Part shown: in pieces, positions 1 to 9,308 of the stretch | How positions within the stretch are numbered: position 1 is the first letter of the stretch | Layout: each line of letters begins with the position of its first letter | Source of the DNA: a virus | Lineage: Duplodnaviria; Caudoviricetes | Strand: one strand, 5' to 3' | Length of the DNA stretch: 35,600 bases | IMG/VR virus record: IMGVR_UViG_3300020120_000062 | Coordinates: 1 to 35,600 of that record | The notes under the pieces: model-generated | Database searches by the model: none | Told to the model about the DNA's origin: nothing | The model's input: the letters and a program-made list of their open reading frames with translations, nothing else | Translations under genes and position numbers: made by a program

Positions 1-2
1 AT

Positions 3-1196
3 CGCTGGCAGACGGAAAGCTTCCTGTCGCGCCTGTTCTTCTGCAATGGCGTCGACAACGCGCAGGTGCTCGACGGCACGATCTGCGCCGACATCGCCTT
101 TAGCGGCGTCGCCAAGAATACGCTGGTGGGTGTGCGTCAATATCAACAGCGGCTGTTCTTCTGGCAGAACAACTCGACCGGATTCTGGTTTGCGCCGCTC
201 AACTCGATCTCCGGCGCGCTCGCGTTCTACGACCTCGCTGCGTTCGCGCCGAATGGCGGCAATCTCACGGCCGCCATCACGTTCAGCCACGACGGCGGCA
301 ACGGGGTGCAGGACTTCATCGTCTTCATCATGTCGTCGGGCGATGCGCTGCTCTATTTCGGCAACAACCCGGCGGACGCAACCGCGTGGTCCCTGGTCGG
401 TCGCTATCGCATCTCCGCGCCGGTCTCGCCGCGCGCCGTGTGCAATTACGGCGCCGAAGCGTTCATGACCTGCGCCGACGATCACATCCCGCTCCAGCAG
501 CAGCTCGTGGCGCTCAAGCTCGGCCAGTTGCCGCCGCGCTCGAAAGTCTCGTCCGCCGTGCAAGCCGCGGTGCGCGCTAATGCTTCGGCGTTCGGCTGGC
601 AGGCGCTGTACTATCCGCGCGGACGGCGGCTCCTGTTCAACATCCCGAATCCGGATGGAACGTTCGATCAGCACATTTGCAATACCGGAACGGTCGACGA
701 TGCCGGGCTCCATCCGTGGTGCCGTTTCCGCAACATGCCGGCGATATGCTGGGGCCTTTTCAACGATGCACTTTATTTCGGCGGCACCGGCGGGACCGTC
801 TACCTCGCCGATACCGGCAACCTCGATGTGCTGGGTCCGGTCAGTGCATCCGGCCAGCAGGCATGGAATACGTTCAACGACGCACGCCGCAAGGCGATGA
901 AGACGACGCGGCCGTTGGTGCAGGTGACCGGATCGCAAGGGCTCGCATTCGGGATCGGCTTCGATTACGGCGACCTCAACATCGGCAACGCGGTCGCGGT
1001 CGGTGCCGGCGGCTCGCCGTGGGATACGAGCCCGTGGGATACAAGCCCGTGGTCGCCGGAATCCACGGTGACGACGCAGTGGCGGATTTCCGGCGGATCG
1101 GGAGTCGCGGTCGGTGTCGGCTTGAACGTGGCGGCGACCGGCAAGGTAATCTGGCTGCGGACGGATCTGAAATTCGAGGCGGGGCTGGCGCTGTAG
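3..1196 (+). CDS. Phage tail tubular B / packaged-DNA stabilisation protein (5'-partial)
   Basis: Frame is open from the window start (RWQTESFLSRLFFCNG...). Beta-rich sequence with C-terminal SPWDTSPWDTSPW repeats; lies upstream of GNAT and ejection genes as in podovirus-like tail modules. Confidence 0.75.
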   Translation, partial: RWQTESFLSRLFFCNGVDNAQVLDGTICADIAFSGVAKNTLVGVRQYQQRLFFWQNNSTGFWFAPLNSISGALAFYDLAAFAPNGGNLTAAITFSHDGGNGVQDFIVFIMSSGDALLYFGNNPADATAWSLVGRYRISAPVSPRAVCNYGAEAFMTCADDHIPLQQQLVALKLGQLPPRSKVSSAVQAAVRANASAFGWQALYYPRGRRLLFNIPNPDGTFDQHICNTGTVDDAGLHPWCRFRNMPAICWGLFNDALYFGGTGGTVYLADTGNLDVLGPVSASGQQAWNTFNDARRKAMKTTRPLVQVTGSQGLAFGIGFDYGDLNIGNAVAVGAGGSPWDTSPWDTSPWSPESTVTTQWRISGGSGVAVGVGLNVAATGKVIWLRTDLKFEAGLAL

Positions 1197-1199
1197 TAA

Positions 1200-1646
1200 A
1201 TGGCGAACAATAACATTCCCCTTTCTTCTCTGGCGGCGATATTCACGCAGAATCAGCCATTCGTGCGACCCGTACCGTCGACTTACAACACCAATCTCGG
1301 GTCTATGGAGCCGCTCTTTCGTTCATGGGTCGCAAAAAATAAGGTCCCCTTTAATCCGGATGCGCAAGCTTCGGATTATGATATGCGCGGTTTCTATCAG
1401 GCCCTTATGCAAGGGAATCCTCGAGCGCAATCGGCTGTTGATCCGAATGACGCGCGGCTTCATTTTCCGGATTATTGGAAAACCCCAATGCATCAGACAT
1501 TCTCGAATGAAAGTCAGTGGGCGATGCCTGACGCGCCGCAATGGAATCCCACTGATCAACTTGTCGCCCCATCTGGTCGTATTCTTTTTGATGATCGAAA
1601 TCAGGCGCCGACGTTAGCAAATGTACTTGCGGCGTCGCGGCAATGA
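1200..1646 (+). CDS. Conserved phage hypothetical protein (DYDMRGFY...HFPDYWKTPMHQTFSNES motif), possibly virion-associated
   Basis: 147-148 aa ORF packed tightly between neighbours, visibly lower GC, with a motif type seen in phage proteins of unknown function. Confidence 0.7.
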   Translation: MANNNIPLSSLAAIFTQNQPFVRPVPSTYNTNLGSMEPLFRSWVAKNKVPFNPDAQASDYDMRGFYQALMQGNPRAQSAVDPNDARLHFPDYWKTPMHQTFSNESQWAMPDAPQWNPTDQLVAPSGRILFDDRNQAPTLANVLAASRQ

Positions 1647-2051
1647 ATGCTCATCTTCGGGCATGACCAGGCGCTCGCGCATTGGGCTGGTTCCCGCATC
1701 GGGATCGTCGATTTCGGCCCTAGCGTCGCGATCGGTGTGGCGCACAAAGGCGAGATCGTCGCGGCGGCGATCTATAATCAGTACAGCCATCCGAATATCT
1801 ACATCACGTTCGTCACCTCTTCGCCGCGCTGGGCAAGCCCGGGTGCTGTCAAAGCAATCTTTCGCTATCCGTTCGTGCAGTTGAAGTGCAAGCGCATAAC
1901 GGCGGTGACGGAAGCGAAGAACGAACGAGCCAAGGCATTCCTCGTTCGGCTCGGCTTCAAGGCAGAGGGTGTTCATCCCGATCTTTTTCCGGATGACGAC
2001 GGACTAAGCTACGGTCTTCTTGCAAGGGACGCCGCACGATGGCTCGCCTGA
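1647..2051 (+). CDS. GNAT-fold acetyltransferase-like virion morphogenesis protein
   Basis: YPFVQLKCKRITA...N..A..F..RLGFKAEG is a RimJ/L-type GNAT pattern; conserved position before ejection genes. Confidence 0.8.
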   Translation: MLIFGHDQALAHWAGSRIGIVDFGPSVAIGVAHKGEIVAAAIYNQYSHPNIYITFVTSSPRWASPGAVKAIFRYPFVQLKCKRITAVTEAKNERAKAFLVRLGFKAEGVHPDLFPDDDGLSYGLLARDAARWLA

Positions 2052-2824
2052 GACAGTATCGAACCGCTTCGCAGCCGCGCCGCAATGGCGATCCGGCGCT
2101 GCTGTTCTTCAAGCGGTTCAAATCCTCGCCGACGCCGCCGCCGCCCCCTGATCCGACCCAGGTCGCGCATGCGCAGGAGGGCACCAACGTCGGCACAGCG
2201 GTCGCGCAGTCGACGCTCAACAATACGAACCGCGTCGGCCCCGGCGGCTCAACCACGTTCAATCCGACCGGCGGCTACACCGACCCGACGACCGGCCAGT
2301 TCGTGCCGCAATATACCCAGACGACCGAGCTTTCGCCGCTCGGCAACCAATTGCTCGAGGGGCAGCAATCGCTCGCCAACAATTACTTGCCGGGCGTGAC
2401 CAGCCAAGGCTACAAGCCGCTCGACATCAGCGGCGGCGCGAATGCCGGCATCGTCGGCGCCGGCCCACAGGCGCTCGATCCGACGGTTGCCAATGCGGTC
2501 TATGACCAGCAGTCGCGCTATCTCGATCCTCAATTCAAGGAACAGGAGACGCAATTGCAGGATCAGTTGTCGCGCCAGGGCATCCCGGTCGGTTCGGATG
2601 CCTATAACAACGCGATGACGCAATTCCAGAGTGGCAAGAACCAAGCCTACGGCGCCGCGCGCGACAGCGCGACCGCGCAAGGTGCGCAGATCGCGGGACA
2701 GAATTTTGGGCTCGCGCTGCAAGGGCAGAACCAGGGCGTCAATCTCCAGCAGGCGCAGCAGCTCAATCCGTTGATGATGCTCGCCGCGCTCACCTCCGGC
2801 GCCGGCATCGGCGGGAGTGCGTGA
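2039..2824 (+). CDS. DNA ejection/pilot protein (N-terminal part)
   Basis: KSSPTPPPPPDP start; Q/G/A-rich; LSRQGIPVGSDAYNNAM motif; position in the tail module. Confidence 0.7.
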   Translation: MARLRQYRTASQPRRNGDPALLFFKRFKSSPTPPPPPDPTQVAHAQEGTNVGTAVAQSTLNNTNRVGPGGSTTFNPTGGYTDPTTGQFVPQYTQTTELSPLGNQLLEGQQSLANNYLPGVTSQGYKPLDISGGANAGIVGAGPQALDPTVANAVYDQQSRYLDPQFKEQETQLQDQLSRQGIPVGSDAYNNAMTQFQSGKNQAYGAARDSATAQGAQIAGQNFGLALQGQNQGVNLQQAQQLNPLMMLAALTSGAGIGGSA

Positions 2825-2825
2825 C

Positions 2826-3344
2826 ATGGTATCGCCGCTCAGCCAGGCCATCGCGTTCCAGAACTCGGTCAACCCGGCGCAATCCGGCATTGCCCCGACC
2901 GATGTTGTCGGCTCCTATAAGCTCGCGAGCGATGCGGCCGAGAAGAACTATCAGGCGAAGCTTGCCGCCAACAATGCGCTGTGGGGCGGCCTCGCGGGGC
3001 TTGGCGGCGCCGGCATCATGGCGTTCGGCCCGAGCGCGGCAAAGAGCTTCTTCGGACAGGGGGCCGCGACCGTCGCGCCGTCGGCCGCCACGGCGGCAGC
3101 CCCCGTGGCGAGCGATGCAGCCGCAACGGCAACGCCTTCTGTCCTCGGCGCATTGCCGGGCATGGGTGATGCGGTCGCCTCGCCGCTGATGGCTGGGCTT
3201 ACCGATGCCGGCTCGATCGCGGCGCCCACGGTCGCGGCTGATCTTGCGGCCACGGCACCGGAAGCCGGCGCCGCGGCGGCGGCCGGCACCGATCTCCTCG
3301 CTGGATTGCCAGAGTGGCTCCTCCCTCTCCTCTTTGCGGCCTGA
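2826..3344 (+). CDS. Ala/Gly-rich ejection protein with hydrophobic GGLAGLGG segment
   Basis: ATG 1 nt after the upstream stop; glycine-zipper-like hydrophobic stretch typical of membrane-active internal virion proteins. Confidence 0.65.
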   Translation: MVSPLSQAIAFQNSVNPAQSGIAPTDVVGSYKLASDAAEKNYQAKLAANNALWGGLAGLGGAGIMAFGPSAAKSFFGQGAATVAPSAATAAAPVASDAAATATPSVLGALPGMGDAVASPLMAGLTDAGSIAAPTVAADLAATAPEAGAAAAAGTDLLAGLPEWLLPLLFAA

Positions 3345-3350
3345 CGCGCC

Positions 3351-4805
3351 ATGGCATCCGATCTCGCAACCGCACTCATCTCCGGTCAGAACACCGGCCT
3401 GATGGCCGATCCTGCGCTGGCGGCCATCGCGCCGCAGCTCCAGATGGCGCAGGCGCTCTCGACCCAAGGCATGTCGACCGCGCCGGCATATCCGGCGCAG
3501 GCGCTCGGGCGGCTCGGCCAGGCGCTCGCCGGATCGTATCTGACGCATGACGCGCAGTCGCAATTGACCGGGCTCAATGCCGGATCGACCGAGAGCCTGC
3601 AGAAGGTGTTTCCGGAAGGCTCGCCAATGGGCGATGCCTTGCGCTCGCCGTCGCCGATGGTGCGGATGCTGGCGATGCAGCAGGCCGGCAAGGCGCTGCT
3701 GCTCAACTCGGAAAGCAAGACGCTCGGGCCGAACCAGGTCCAGGTCGCGCCCGCAACCCCCCAGGCGGCCGGCGGCGTGGTCGGGGCGGGTTCTCCGGCA
3801 TTGGGCGGCATGGCAGAGGCGGCCAAGAATCCCGCGCTGGTGGCCCGCGCTGGCGGCGTGGCGGGGGCGGAATATCCCTACAAGCCGGTCGAGCGCATCG
3901 TGCAGGGGCCGCAGGGGCCGGAACGGACCAACCTGCCGCTGGTCGAGATGGGCGGCGCTGCTCCGGGCGCTCCGGCCGCAGCGCCGACCGTGGCGGCGGC
4001 TGGCGCCCCGCGCGGCGAGCCGGTCAAAACCCCCGAGTTCCAGGGCAATGTCGCCGGCCAGGAAAAACTCTACGGCAGCGCCAACGAGGCGATCGGCAAG
4101 GTCATCGGCGAGGCGATCGAGCGGGGCGGCTCGGCGACGCGCGACAAGCTGCACGCGCTCGATACGATGGAATCGGCGTTGCGGGCGGGCGGCGATCACA
4201 TCGTGACCGGACCTCTCGCCGAGCATGCGCTCAAGGCCAAACAATTGATGAGCAGCCTTGGGCTCGATGCCGGCGATCTCACCAAGGGCCTGCCCGAGAC
4301 CGAGGTGATTTCCAAGATGAATGCGCAACTCGCCTCGGCCTCGGCCAAGGCGATGACAGGCCGCCCGACGCAGGCGGAATTCCAAATCTGGATGCGCAAC
4401 AATCCGGGCCTGATGACCTCGAAGCAGGGCACGCTCGCGCTGATCGACGTGCTCCGCCAGCAGGCCAAGCAGGATACCGAATTCGCCAAGGTGGCGATGA
4501 ACAAGAAGAACTGGGAGAATTTCCCGGAGGTCGCCGACAAGTGGTATCAGGAGCACGGCGGCCTGATCAATCCGCTGACCAACAAGCCGATGCGTGACGA
4601 GATCGCGGCGGCGCGGGGCGGGCAGGGCGGAAGTGGGGCGTCGCCCCCGGGCGGCGGCGGGGCGCTGGCCGCGGGGGCAACGCGGGCTGCCCCTGCGGCC
4701 ACCCTCGAAGCCGGCAAGACCATCGTGAACAACCACCTCTATATCGGCGGCAATCCGAACGATTCCAACAACTGGCAAGTCCAGAAGGGCGACAGGCTCA
4801 AATAG
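3351..4805 (+). CDS. Internal virion / DNA injection protein
   Basis: 484 aa helical Ala/Gly/Gln-rich ORF in the ejection-gene position; strong GC3 bias. Confidence 0.65.
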   Translation: MASDLATALISGQNTGLMADPALAAIAPQLQMAQALSTQGMSTAPAYPAQALGRLGQALAGSYLTHDAQSQLTGLNAGSTESLQKVFPEGSPMGDALRSPSPMVRMLAMQQAGKALLLNSESKTLGPNQVQVAPATPQAAGGVVGAGSPALGGMAEAAKNPALVARAGGVAGAEYPYKPVERIVQGPQGPERTNLPLVEMGGAAPGAPAAAPTVAAAGAPRGEPVKTPEFQGNVAGQEKLYGSANEAIGKVIGEAIERGGSATRDKLHALDTMESALRAGGDHIVTGPLAEHALKAKQLMSSLGLDAGDLTKGLPETEVISKMNAQLASASAKAMTGRPTQAEFQIWMRNNPGLMTSKQGTLALIDVLRQQAKQDTEFAKVAMNKKNWENFPEVADKWYQEHGGLINPLTNKPMRDEIAAARGGQGGSGASPPGGGGALAAGATRAAPAATLEAGKTIVNNHLYIGGNPNDSNNWQVQKGDRLK

Positions 4806-6929
4806 ATGGCCGACAAGCAGCCATGGGAAATGGACTGGGGCGCACCAGCCGGGACCGCCGCGGCGGCACCGGCGGGCGCGGCTGCCCCATGGGAGATGGA
4901 TTGGAACGGCGCGGGCGACGGGCCGGGTGTGGCGAAGGATGTCGGCATGTCGATCCTCGGCGGCGCACGCGACGCGCCGCTCGCGGTCACGACGACGCTG
5001 CCTGGGATGCGCGAACTTGCAACCCGCGGCGTGCAGAAGATGATCGACCTTGCGGCGCCCGAATCCGGCATCGACCTGCCGAAGCTCGAGGAAGAGACGC
5101 TCAAGCGTGAGATCGTGCCGGGCGTCCCGGTGCGCAGGGTCATGCAGATGATTCCCGGCGTCGGCCTCAACTATGGCCCGACGTTCGGCGAGGCGTCGAA
5201 GAACGTGGAGGATCTCGGTGTTCCGGACTATGAGCCGAAAACCGGCGCCGGCCGCATCACCAAGATGGCGGTCGAGGCGGCGCCGATCGCGCTTTCCGGA
5301 TCGGGGGCGGCGATCCCCAATCTCGTCAAGGGCGCGGCGTTGCCGGCGCTCGGCTCCGAGGCGCTCGGCGACAGGTTTGCCGGGACGTGGCTCGAAACGC
5401 CGTCGCGGCTCGTCGGCGCGTTGCTCGGCGGTGTCGCCGGGCATGGCGCCGGCATGGCTGGATCGGCGCTGCGCACCGGCGCTGCCGCGCGCAGCGTGGC
5501 GCAGGATGCGCGTGCCTTGACGGGCGATCAGGGCATCAATGCGGGCGCGGTGCGGCGGGTGGCGAAGAACATCGCCGACGACCAGGTGACGCCGGAATCG
5601 GCAGCGCGGACGATGGGCGAGCTTGGCCCGGAAGGCATGCTGCTCGACGCCGGGCGGCAGTTGCGCGGGCGGGCGGAAGCCATCGCGACGCAGCCGGGGC
5701 CGGGGCAGAACCGGGTGCTCGATGCGGTCGAAGGCCGCACCGGCGAGTTCGGCGAGGGCACGGCGAACCGGGTGCGCGGCACGCTCGACACCACGATGGG
5801 GCCGGGCGTCAACGTCGTCGATCTCACCAAGGGTATCGGCGAGATCGTCGATCGCCACGCAAAGCCGCTCTACGACAGCGTGATGGCCGATCATCCCGTG
5901 GTGAAAGTGCCGGAGGAAATCACCTCGCGGCCGGCGGTCGCGGCGGCGATGAAGAACGCCACCACGCTCGCCAAGCAGTACGGGGAGAAGCTCGAAAGCC
6001 CAACCGAGACGCAGACCATCCTGAAAGGTCCCGGCTATCACATGGCCGAGGATGTGACCGCGCCCGCGCAGACGAGCCTGCGTTATTGGGATTATGTCAA
6101 GAAGGACCTCGATCGCCGCATCAACGGCTATATGAAATCGGGCGGCGCCTCCGAGCTCGGTTCGGCCGACAAAGCCGATCTCGGCGGCCTGATCGATGCG
6201 CGCAATGCGCTGCGCGATCATCTCGACCAGGCGACCGAGGGCGCCTACAAGCAGGCGCGCGACGTGTGGGCGCATAAGCCGCAACTCACCGAGGCAATCG
6301 ATCAAGGCCGCGCCGCGCTCAGCACCAAGCTGCTGCCGGAAGAATTGCACGACACCTATACCAATCTCTCGATCCCACAGCAGGCGATGTACCGGGTCGG
6401 CATGCGGCGCGAGATCGACCGCATCATGGATACGGCGCGCAACGACGGTGCGGCGGCGCGGCGGGTGCTCGACACCGACCAGAACCGCGAGAAGATCGCG
6501 ACCGTGTTCGGCGAGGATGCCGCCGCCGCGATCGACCGGCGCATCGCGGCGGAAACCAAGTTCCAGGAGGCGACCAACAAGATCGGGGCGAACTCGCGCA
6601 CGGCGGTTCGGCGCGAATTGGTCAAGGATACCGAGGAACCGTCACAAGGCGCTCCGCCGCAGGCCAACGTGCTCGGCTATCTGCACAAGGCTGGCACCGG
6701 CATCCTGTCGAACCTGCGCAATACCGGGATGGAGAACACCCGTACCGGCATCGGCAGCCTGATGACGACGCCGGCTCATCAGGTCCCCGACCTCGTGCGG
6801 CTGCTCGCCGGCTACAATCAGCGCGCGGCCGGAATGGCGCCGCCTACGGTCGGCGGCTCGGCGAGCTTGCTCGCCCGCTCGCTGGCGCTGCCGATGATCG
6901 CCAACGCGCAAGCCAACCAGCAACGATGA
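4806..6929 (+). CDS. Large internal virion / DNA injection protein
   Basis: 707 aa; N-terminal PWEMDW x2; glycine-zipper segment; last of the ejection set before the tail fibre. Confidence 0.65.
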   Translation: MADKQPWEMDWGAPAGTAAAAPAGAAAPWEMDWNGAGDGPGVAKDVGMSILGGARDAPLAVTTTLPGMRELATRGVQKMIDLAAPESGIDLPKLEEETLKREIVPGVPVRRVMQMIPGVGLNYGPTFGEASKNVEDLGVPDYEPKTGAGRITKMAVEAAPIALSGSGAAIPNLVKGAALPALGSEALGDRFAGTWLETPSRLVGALLGGVAGHGAGMAGSALRTGAAARSVAQDARALTGDQGINAGAVRRVAKNIADDQVTPESAARTMGELGPEGMLLDAGRQLRGRAEAIATQPGPGQNRVLDAVEGRTGEFGEGTANRVRGTLDTTMGPGVNVVDLTKGIGEIVDRHAKPLYDSVMADHPVVKVPEEITSRPAVAAAMKNATTLAKQYGEKLESPTETQTILKGPGYHMAEDVTAPAQTSLRYWDYVKKDLDRRINGYMKSGGASELGSADKADLGGLIDARNALRDHLDQATEGAYKQARDVWAHKPQLTEAIDQGRAALSTKLLPEELHDTYTNLSIPQQAMYRVGMRREIDRIMDTARNDGAAARRVLDTDQNREKIATVFGEDAAAAIDRRIAAETKFQEATNKIGANSRTAVRRELVKDTEEPSQGAPPQANVLGYLHKAGTGILSNLRNTGMENTRTGIGSLMTTPAHQVPDLVRLLAGYNQRAAGMAPPTVGGSASLLARSLALPMIANAQANQQR

Positions 6930-7128
6930 CGCTGCCGCGCACGAGGCCGATTGCAATCCCATATCCGAGCAGCCACGGCGCATAAGGGTTGTCGCCTTTG
7001 CGGCTGAGCGTGGCGCTGATCAGCGTTCCGAGCAGCAGCGCCAGCAGGCCCTCCGCATAGAGTTCGCCGCGTGAGCGTCCCTTCGGTGCCGGCAAAGCCG
7101 GCGGCCGGTTTCCCGCGATCTTGAGCAT
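6844..7128 (-). CDS. Small two-TM membrane protein, candidate superinfection exclusion
   Basis: Two hydrophobic segments (GLLALLLGTLISATL; WLLGYGIAIGLVRGSVIVAGWL); fills the gap antisense to the structural operon. Confidence 0.5.
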   Translation of the reverse strand: MLKIAGNRPPALPAPKGRSRGELYAEGLLALLLGTLISATLSRKGDNPYAPWLLGYGIAIGLVRGSVIVAGWLARWRSSAAPASGRASSPSRRP

Positions 7129-7142
7129 CAGGAACACCCCGC

Positions 7143-8480
7143 ATGTCGTGGAACGGCGCTGGCGTCTTCAACCGCATCTTTTCGTGGGTCGCGGACAAGA
7201 ACGCCGGCATCGATATCACCGCGTCGCGAATGGATGCCGACACCGACGATATCACGTCGAATGGTTTCGGCAACACGCTGACGCGAGATGGGCAGGGTTC
7301 GGCCTCGGCCAACCTGCCGATGAACAATTTCCGGCACACCGGGGTGGGGAATGCCCAGGCACGCACCGATTACGCGGCGATGGGGCAGGTGCAGGATGGC
7401 GTCGCGCTCAACTGGACGGTCGCGGCAGGCACCGCCGACGCAATCACGGTCACCTATACGCCGGCCCTGACCGCACTCATCGATGGGCAGTTGTGTTTTG
7501 TTCGCGCCAGCGCAGCAAATGCGACGACGACGCCGACATTTGCGCCCAATGGATTGACGGCCCACACGATCACGAAGTACGGCGGGCAGCCGCTCGTAGC
7601 GGGAGACATTCCCGCCGCCTTGGCGGAATGTGTTTTCCGCTACGATCTCGCAAACACGCGATGGGAGTTGCTCAATCCGACCGTTGGCAAGAATATCGCC
7701 AACGGGACCGTGCTCGGGAATGTCTCTGGAGGGGCGGGGCCGCCCGTCGCGATTTCGCCGCCGACGTCTCCGGCGGGAGCGTTCAAAAATCTGTCCATCA
7801 AGGTCGCCAGCAATACGACTGTCGCGCTTGCTGCTGACGGGGTCGTGACCACGGATGGAACGGCATTCCTCCAAGTCGCTCCGAACTCGACCATCAATCT
7901 CGCGACCACGGGCACAAACGCGCTCGACACTGGCGTGATCGCGATCGACACATGGTATTCGATCTGGGCCATCGCGAAGTCGGACGGAACCGTGGCCGGG
8001 CTCGCATCCACTTCGGCTACGGCGCCGACGATGCCAAGCGGATATACATTCAAGGCGCGCCTCGGTTGGGTGAGAACGATCCATTCGAGCGCGATCCTTT
8101 ACGGAACGTGGCAGTTGGGGCGCAAGGCGCAATATGTCGTCGGTCTCGCTCAGACCTCCGTGCTTCCAGTCATGAAGAACATAGGTGCTTCGGCATGGAC
8201 GGCCATCAGTGTCACCCCTTTCGTTCCGTCGACCGCATCGGAAATCGTCGTCATCGGCGGGGTTCTGTCGAACAGCACTACCGGCCTCGTGCTTCTGGCG
8301 CCGAACAATAGCTATGCAACCGACGGACAAAGCGGATTTGCCGCCATCTTTGGAATCCAGTCCGGAATTCCGGTGAGCATTTCCTGCCAGATGCTGTTGG
8401 AAAGCACGAACATCTACTACGGGGCCGCAGCGGTCGCGTCGGTCAATATCGCCTGCGCTGGCTGGGTCGACAATATTTGA
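7143..8480 (+). CDS. Tail fibre / receptor-binding protein
   Basis: N-terminal anchor (MSWNGAGVF...TRDGQ..ANLPMNNFRHTGV) and Thr/Ala/Gly-rich beta body; follows the ejection genes. Confidence 0.8.
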   Translation: MSWNGAGVFNRIFSWVADKNAGIDITASRMDADTDDITSNGFGNTLTRDGQGSASANLPMNNFRHTGVGNAQARTDYAAMGQVQDGVALNWTVAAGTADAITVTYTPALTALIDGQLCFVRASAANATTTPTFAPNGLTAHTITKYGGQPLVAGDIPAALAECVFRYDLANTRWELLNPTVGKNIANGTVLGNVSGGAGPPVAISPPTSPAGAFKNLSIKVASNTTVALAADGVVTTDGTAFLQVAPNSTINLATTGTNALDTGVIAIDTWYSIWAIAKSDGTVAGLASTSATAPTMPSGYTFKARLGWVRTIHSSAILYGTWQLGRKAQYVVGLAQTSVLPVMKNIGASAWTAISVTPFVPSTASEIVVIGGVLSNSTTGLVLLAPNNSYATDGQSGFAAIFGIQSGIPVSISCQMLLESTNIYYGAAAVASVNIACAGWVDNI

Positions 8481-8487
8481 TCCAAAG

Positions 8488-8516
8488 CATCGCTTCCGGC
8501 GATGGTCCTGCCTTTT
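8488..8516. terminator. Putative terminator hairpin between convergent genes
   Basis: CATCGC-TTCCG-GCGATG stem followed by ...CCTTTTA. Confidence 0.35.
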
Positions 8517-8817
8517 ATGCCGCGGGCGATTTAGGCGGGCCATTCGGATAACGCGGATGCTGTACCAAGCTGACGCCATGAGGCAATCGAACCGTGCCCT
8601 CCATCGCATTGAGTTCTCCTTCGGAAACGAAAACCATATCTCCAGGAAGGGCATTGGCGAACTTGGCGGTCACGCTTGCAAGATCACGCCGATGACTCTC
8701 AAGATCGCGGCGGCGATACCTCCGCTCGATGAAATCAGCGAGCACCGCAAGAAAAAAAAGCAGAAGAACCGAGGCGGCAATTGCCAAGATCGCAATCTGC
8801 TTTGGGCCTTCGATCAT
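8515..8817 (-). CDS. Hypothetical membrane-anchored protein
   Basis: N-terminal TM (IAILAIAASVLLLFFLAVLA); GAGG upstream; lower GC. Confidence 0.55.
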   Translation of the reverse strand: MIEGPKQIAILAIAASVLLLFFLAVLADFIERRYRRRDLESHRRDLASVTAKFANALPGDMVFVSEGELNAMEGTVRLPHGVSLVQHPRYPNGPPKSPAA

Positions 8818-8852
8818 CGCCGCCTCTCTGCCCCGTGAAACTATTGACCCTA

Positions 8853-9308
8853 TCACCCCCACAGCTCGCGGTACACCCCCCGCAGCATCCGCCCCCGTTC
8901 GGTAAGCTCATCTTCCGTCCTGCCAACCCCGCAGCACGCCACATAAGCCGCCAGCATTCTCGTCACGAACTCGAACTCCGAGGGAGTCACCCCCTCTCCC
9001 CCCGATACGCTACGCTGCAAGGGAGAGGGGGCACGGGCACTCCGGGTGTCGCCAGACGCCTGGGGTTCGGATTTGACGGGTTCGCACTTGACGATGTCGC
9101 GGAAGGTGCGGCCCTGCCATTTGCCGCGACCTTGTTTCTCGACGTAGTCGATGCGGTAGCGCCCGCCGGGCTGAAAGCGGCCGAAGTCCGCCGGCTTGAC
9201 ACCGTAGGTGGTGCCGTCCGTCGAGCGGATGTTGGGCGGCTTACCGTCGCCTGGGGGGTTGGCGAAGCGGACGAGGATCTCGGTCGATTGGATCGCCTGC
9301 GCGTTCAT
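8853..9308 (-). CDS. Hypothetical protein, possible OB-fold/ssDNA-binding partner of the nuclease
   Basis: ATGA overlap with the upstream nuclease gene; beta-rich basic/aromatic N-domain. Fold is inference only. Confidence 0.55.
   Translation of the reverse strand: MNAQAIQSTEILVRFANPPGDGKPPNIRSTDGTTYGVKPADFGRFQPGGRYRIDYVEKQGRGKWQGRTFRDIVKCEPVKSEPQASGDTRSARAPSPLQRSVSGGEGVTPSEFEFVTRMLAAYVACCGVGRTEDELTERGRMLRGVYRELWG

Noticed and set aside
1014-1058. 15-nt tandem repeat
   Set aside because: Encodes the SPWDT repeat within the tail protein; not CRISPR-like.
2790-6350. 1186-aa minus-strand ORF and many similar long Arg/Ala-rich ORFs
   Set aside because: Shadow frames of GC-rich plus-strand genes; no motifs or RBS.
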